The notes below the pieces were generated by a model, which did no database searches, was not told the DNA's origin, and worked only from the letters and a program-made list of their open reading frames with translations. A program made the translations under genes and the position numbers. DNA of 57,436 nucleotides from Actinomycetota bacterium (GTDB lineage: Bacteria > Actinomycetota > Acidimicrobiia > Spongiisociales > ZC4RG35). The number at the start of each line of letters is the position of its first letter. Positions within the stretch are counted from its first letter, which is position 1. The stretch is taken from positions 1 to 57,436 of the forward strand of contig JAYEGJ010000126.1 in the NCBI GenBank assembly GCA_034658975.1. Reading direction: 5' to 3'. This document shows positions 54,802-57,436 of the stretch, one piece after another.

Positions 54802-56612
54802 CCGACCTCGAGTACTTCGACCTCAACATCCCCTGCCAGGCCGCCTGCCCGGTCCACACCAACGCCGGTGCCTACGTGGCGGCCATAGCCGACGGCGACG
54901 ACCGCATGGCCTACTTGACGGCCCGGCTGCCGAATCCCTTCGCCTCGGTCTGCGGCAGGGTTTGCGCCGCTCCCTGCGAGGACGCCTGCCGACGGGGTGA
55001 GATCGATCGACCCGTTGCGATTCGAGCCCTCAAGAGATTCGTCACCGAGACCTTCGGCGCAGAGGCACGGGGCAAGAGCCTGTGGTCGATCAGTGAGAAC
55101 GGGCATCGCGATGAGCGGCCGCAATCGGTTGCCATTGTCGGTGGCGGGCCGGGGGGCCTCGCCGCCGCCCACGATCTTCGCCTCCTCGGCTACCGGGTGA
55201 CCCTCCACGAGGCCAGCTCGGAACTCGGGGGCATGATGCGGCTCGGCATACCCGAATACCGGCTTCCCCGGGAACTCCTCGACCGCGAGATCCAGGGCAT
55301 CGTCGAACTCGGAATCGACGTACATCTCGGCTCGAGGTTGGGAGAGGACGTTTCGCTGAGAACCCTGCGCGAGAGCCATAACGCAGTGTTCCTCGCCATC
55401 GGTGCCACCCAGGCCCGTGATCTCGATATTCCCGGACATGATGCTGATGGCGTCTTCAAAGCACTGGAGTTCCTGCTCAACGTCAACCGTGGTTTCCATG
55501 TGGACGTTGGGGAGAGAGTGGTCGTGGTCGGTGGCGGAAATGTCGCCATGGATGCCGCCCGGACCGCCCTGCGGTCCGCCGCATACCGCGAAAAAGTGGA
55601 GTCGGAGTTCACGGAGTCGGTCGTCAAAGATGAGCAGTCCGGGTATGCCATCGACGTTGCCCGCAGTGCTCTACGTGCCGGCGCCACCGATGTCACCATC
55701 ATCTCTCTCGAGGCGCGGGACGAGATGCCCGCTGACGACTTCGAAATCGAGGAAGCAGAGGCCGAAGGCATTCGTTTCGTGCACCGACGCGGACCACAGG
55801 CGGTGCTGACCGAGGCTGGCCAGGTTTCCGCACTCATGACCGTGGGCGTGACGCGGGTCTTCGATGCCGAAGGACGCTTCAGCCCTGAATTCGACGCCGA
55901 GGACGTCGAGACCGTCGAAGCGGACTCGGTAATCCTTGCCATCGGTCAGGCGATAGACATCGAGAGTCTCGGCGAAGACGGGCCTGAAATCTCTCCCCGA
56001 CGGTCCATCGCCGTGGATGCCGAGACGCTTAGGACGAGTCTCCCCGACGTTTGGGCAGGAGGCGATGCTGCCTTCGGACCACGCATTCTCATCGATGCCG
56101 TCGCTGACGGTCGTCGCGCCGCGGCCTCCATCCATGCATTCCTTTCACCCGATGACCCGACGACTGCCCATCGTCCCGGCTCGATGACCGAGATCGAGGG
56201 TTTCCATCGTCTCTCAGATCGATACGACGAATGGGAGCGTGTTCCGATTCCGTCATTGCCCACCCAACGACGGATCGGGCTTCAGGAGGTGGAGACCGGG
56301 TTCACCGAGGCTGAGGCCAGGCTGGAGGCGAGCCGTTGCCTGCGTTGCTTCCTCAACATCACCCTCGACGTCGGGTCGTGCGTCTTGTGCGGTCTCTGCG
56401 CCGATGTCTGCCCGACGGATGTGATCTCGTTGGTTCCCTCCGAGGAGCTCAACGGCCAACCCGGGAAGACTGCCCTTCTTCTCGATGAATCGCGATGCAT
56501 CAGGTGCGCCCTGTGCGTCGAACGTTGCCCGAGCCGGGCCCTGTCGATGGGCATGTGGTCCGGGTTCGGCATTCCGGAGAAGGTTCCGGTGCTGATAGGA
56601 GGTCCAGCGTGA
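54798..56612 (+). CDS. GltD-like FAD/NAD(P)H-dependent Fe-S oxidoreductase fused to a 2x[4Fe-4S] ferredoxin domain
   Basis: Trimmed to ATG 54798. N-terminal Cys clusters (CQAACP, CGRVCAAPCEDAC), two dinucleotide folds (VAIVGGGPGGLAAA; VVVVGGGNVAMDAA), and C-terminal CVLCGLCADVCP and CIRCALCVERCP. Confidence 0.85.
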   Translation: MTDLEYFDLNIPCQAACPVHTNAGAYVAAIADGDDRMAYLTARLPNPFASVCGRVCAAPCEDACRRGEIDRPVAIRALKRFVTETFGAEARGKSLWSISENGHRDERPQSVAIVGGGPGGLAAAHDLRLLGYRVTLHEASSELGGMMRLGIPEYRLPRELLDREIQGIVELGIDVHLGSRLGEDVSLRTLRESHNAVFLAIGATQARDLDIPGHDADGVFKALEFLLNVNRGFHVDVGERVVVVGGGNVAMDAARTALRSAAYREKVESEFTESVVKDEQSGYAIDVARSALRAGATDVTIISLEARDEMPADDFEIEEAEAEGIRFVHRRGPQAVLTEAGQVSALMTVGVTRVFDAEGRFSPEFDAEDVETVEADSVILAIGQAIDIESLGEDGPEISPRRSIAVDAETLRTSLPDVWAGGDAAFGPRILIDAVADGRRAAASIHAFLSPDDPTTAHRPGSMTEIEGFHRLSDRYDEWERVPIPSLPTQRRIGLQEVETGFTEAEARLEASRCLRCFLNITLDVGSCVLCGLCADVCPTDVISLVPSEELNGQPGKTALLLDESRCIRCALCVERCPSRALSMGMWSGFGIPEKVPVLIGGPA

Positions 56613-57343
56613 AGCCCTCACTTACGGAACGTCTCAGAGAGACAAATGTGGGCCGGTCGATGTTCCGGATACCGGAGCGAAGGACCGACCGAGAGCGCGC
56701 CGGGGCTCACTGGTCCAACTTCTTCCTCCACATCTACCCCGTCAAGGTGCGACGCGAGCAGCTTCACTTCCGCTACTCGTGGTATCTCGGCATCGCCTCG
56801 CTGACGTTGTTCGCATCACTGGTCGCCTCGGGCATCTACCTCATGTTCTTCTATGTGCCATCACCGACAACCGCCTACGGAGACATCCAGATTCTCCAGA
56901 CGCAGGTGGCGTTCGGCCAGTTCATGCGCAACATCCACAGGTGGTCGGCTCATCTCATGGTCGTCGCCGTCATCGCCCACATGGCCCGGGTCTTCTACCG
57001 CGGTGCGTACAAGGCCCCGCGTGAGTTCAACTGGGTGATTGGAGTGGTACTGCTCATGATGACGCTGTTGCTCTCCTTCACCGGATATCTCCTGCCATGG
57101 GACCAACTCGCCTATTGGGCAATCACCGTCGGCACCTCTCTTGCTGCGTTCGTCCCGTTCATCGGTCAGGAAATCTCGCGCCTTCTGCTCGGCGGCCCCC
57201 AGGTGAGTTCGGCCACACTTCTTCGCTTCTACGTGCTGCATGTCGCCCTGCTCCCGACGATCGTCGTGTTCGGGGTCGCCATCCATCTTTGGCGCTGGCG
57301 CAAGGACAGCACGCTCGATACCGAGGGAGACAGTGATGTCTGA
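56609..57343 (+). CDS. Cytochrome b6-type (N-terminal, di-heme) cytochrome b
   Basis: GTG 56609 overlaps the upstream TGA. It resembles my recollection of cytochrome b6 (IHRWSAHLMVVAVIAHMARVFYRGAYKAPREFNWVIGV...GYLLPWDQLAYWA...LRFYVLHVALLP...IHLWR), with four conserved His. Confidence 0.85.
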   Translation: MKPSLTERLRETNVGRSMFRIPERRTDRERAGAHWSNFFLHIYPVKVRREQLHFRYSWYLGIASLTLFASLVASGIYLMFFYVPSPTTAYGDIQILQTQVAFGQFMRNIHRWSAHLMVVAVIAHMARVFYRGAYKAPREFNWVIGVVLLMMTLLLSFTGYLLPWDQLAYWAITVGTSLAAFVPFIGQEISRLLLGGPQVSSATLLRFYVLHVALLPTIVVFGVAIHLWRWRKDSTLDTEGDSDV

Positions 57344-57436
57344 GAATCCCGAGACCTTCGAAGGTCGCCGTGTGCTCGGCATAGTCCCGGGCAAGCCCCC
57401 GGTGGGAACGACCAAAGATCCCGAAAGCCAGGATCT
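57336..57436 (+). CDS. Partial CDS (5' end), next gene of the cytochrome b operon
   Basis: ATG at 57336 overlaps the cytochrome b gene by 8 nt and the frame stays open to the window end (MSENPETFEGRRVLGIVPGKPP...). Identity is unknown; a subunit-IV-like partner would be the expected position. Confidence 0.4.
   Translation, partial: MSENPETFEGRRVLGIVPGKPPVGTTKDPESQD

Overview
This is a high-GC (roughly 63-65% by hand counts), gene-dense, actinobacterial-type chromosomal segment. All family calls rest on by-eye motif recognition in the supplied ORF translations; no database search was run. ORF-track coordinates include the stop codon and use ATG, GTG or TTG starts, and several starts were trimmed by me.

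Contents, left to right:
1. A conservon (cvnA-B-C-D: sensor-kinase-like, Roadblock/LC7, DUF742, small GTPase) followed by a truncated cvnA paralog.
2. Small enzymes, a DUF2652-type gene broken by an in-frame TAA, and a SulP/STAS transporter.
3. A 13-kb minus-strand maltodextrin/alpha-glucan cluster (malEFG-type ABC transporter, GH13, GH57 lipoprotein, LacI regulator, malQ, glgP) with two LacI-type operators upstream.
4. Housekeeping genes: YjbQ, HAD, MscS, Sir2, TlpA, acyl-CoA dehydrogenase, SDR, KAS II, TPP riboswitch plus thiBPQ, thioesterase, MDR dehydrogenase, pntAA/AB/B.
5. A slightly lower-GC, hypothetical-rich stretch (about 40.5-48.9 kb) with two ECF sigma modules. It contains a 3.7-kb four-gene cassette bounded by exact 35-bp inverted repeats and 19-bp direct repeats, directly next to tRNA-Asp and tRNA-Phe.
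6. DUF4230 and the proteasome activator Bpa.
7. A NarL-type two-component system in front of an unusual operon: a lipoprotein made of two nucleotide-identical EB_dh/DOMON-like domains, a 2-TM peptide, a GltD-like FAD/NAD(P)H Fe-S protein with a fused ferredoxin, and a split cytochrome b6. This operon is cut by the window end.

No CRISPR array, rRNA, recognisable transposase, integrase or phage genes were seen. The two loci most worth follow-up are the EB_dh/GltD/cytochrome b operon and the repeat-bounded cassette with a low-GC PD-(D/E)xK-like gene.
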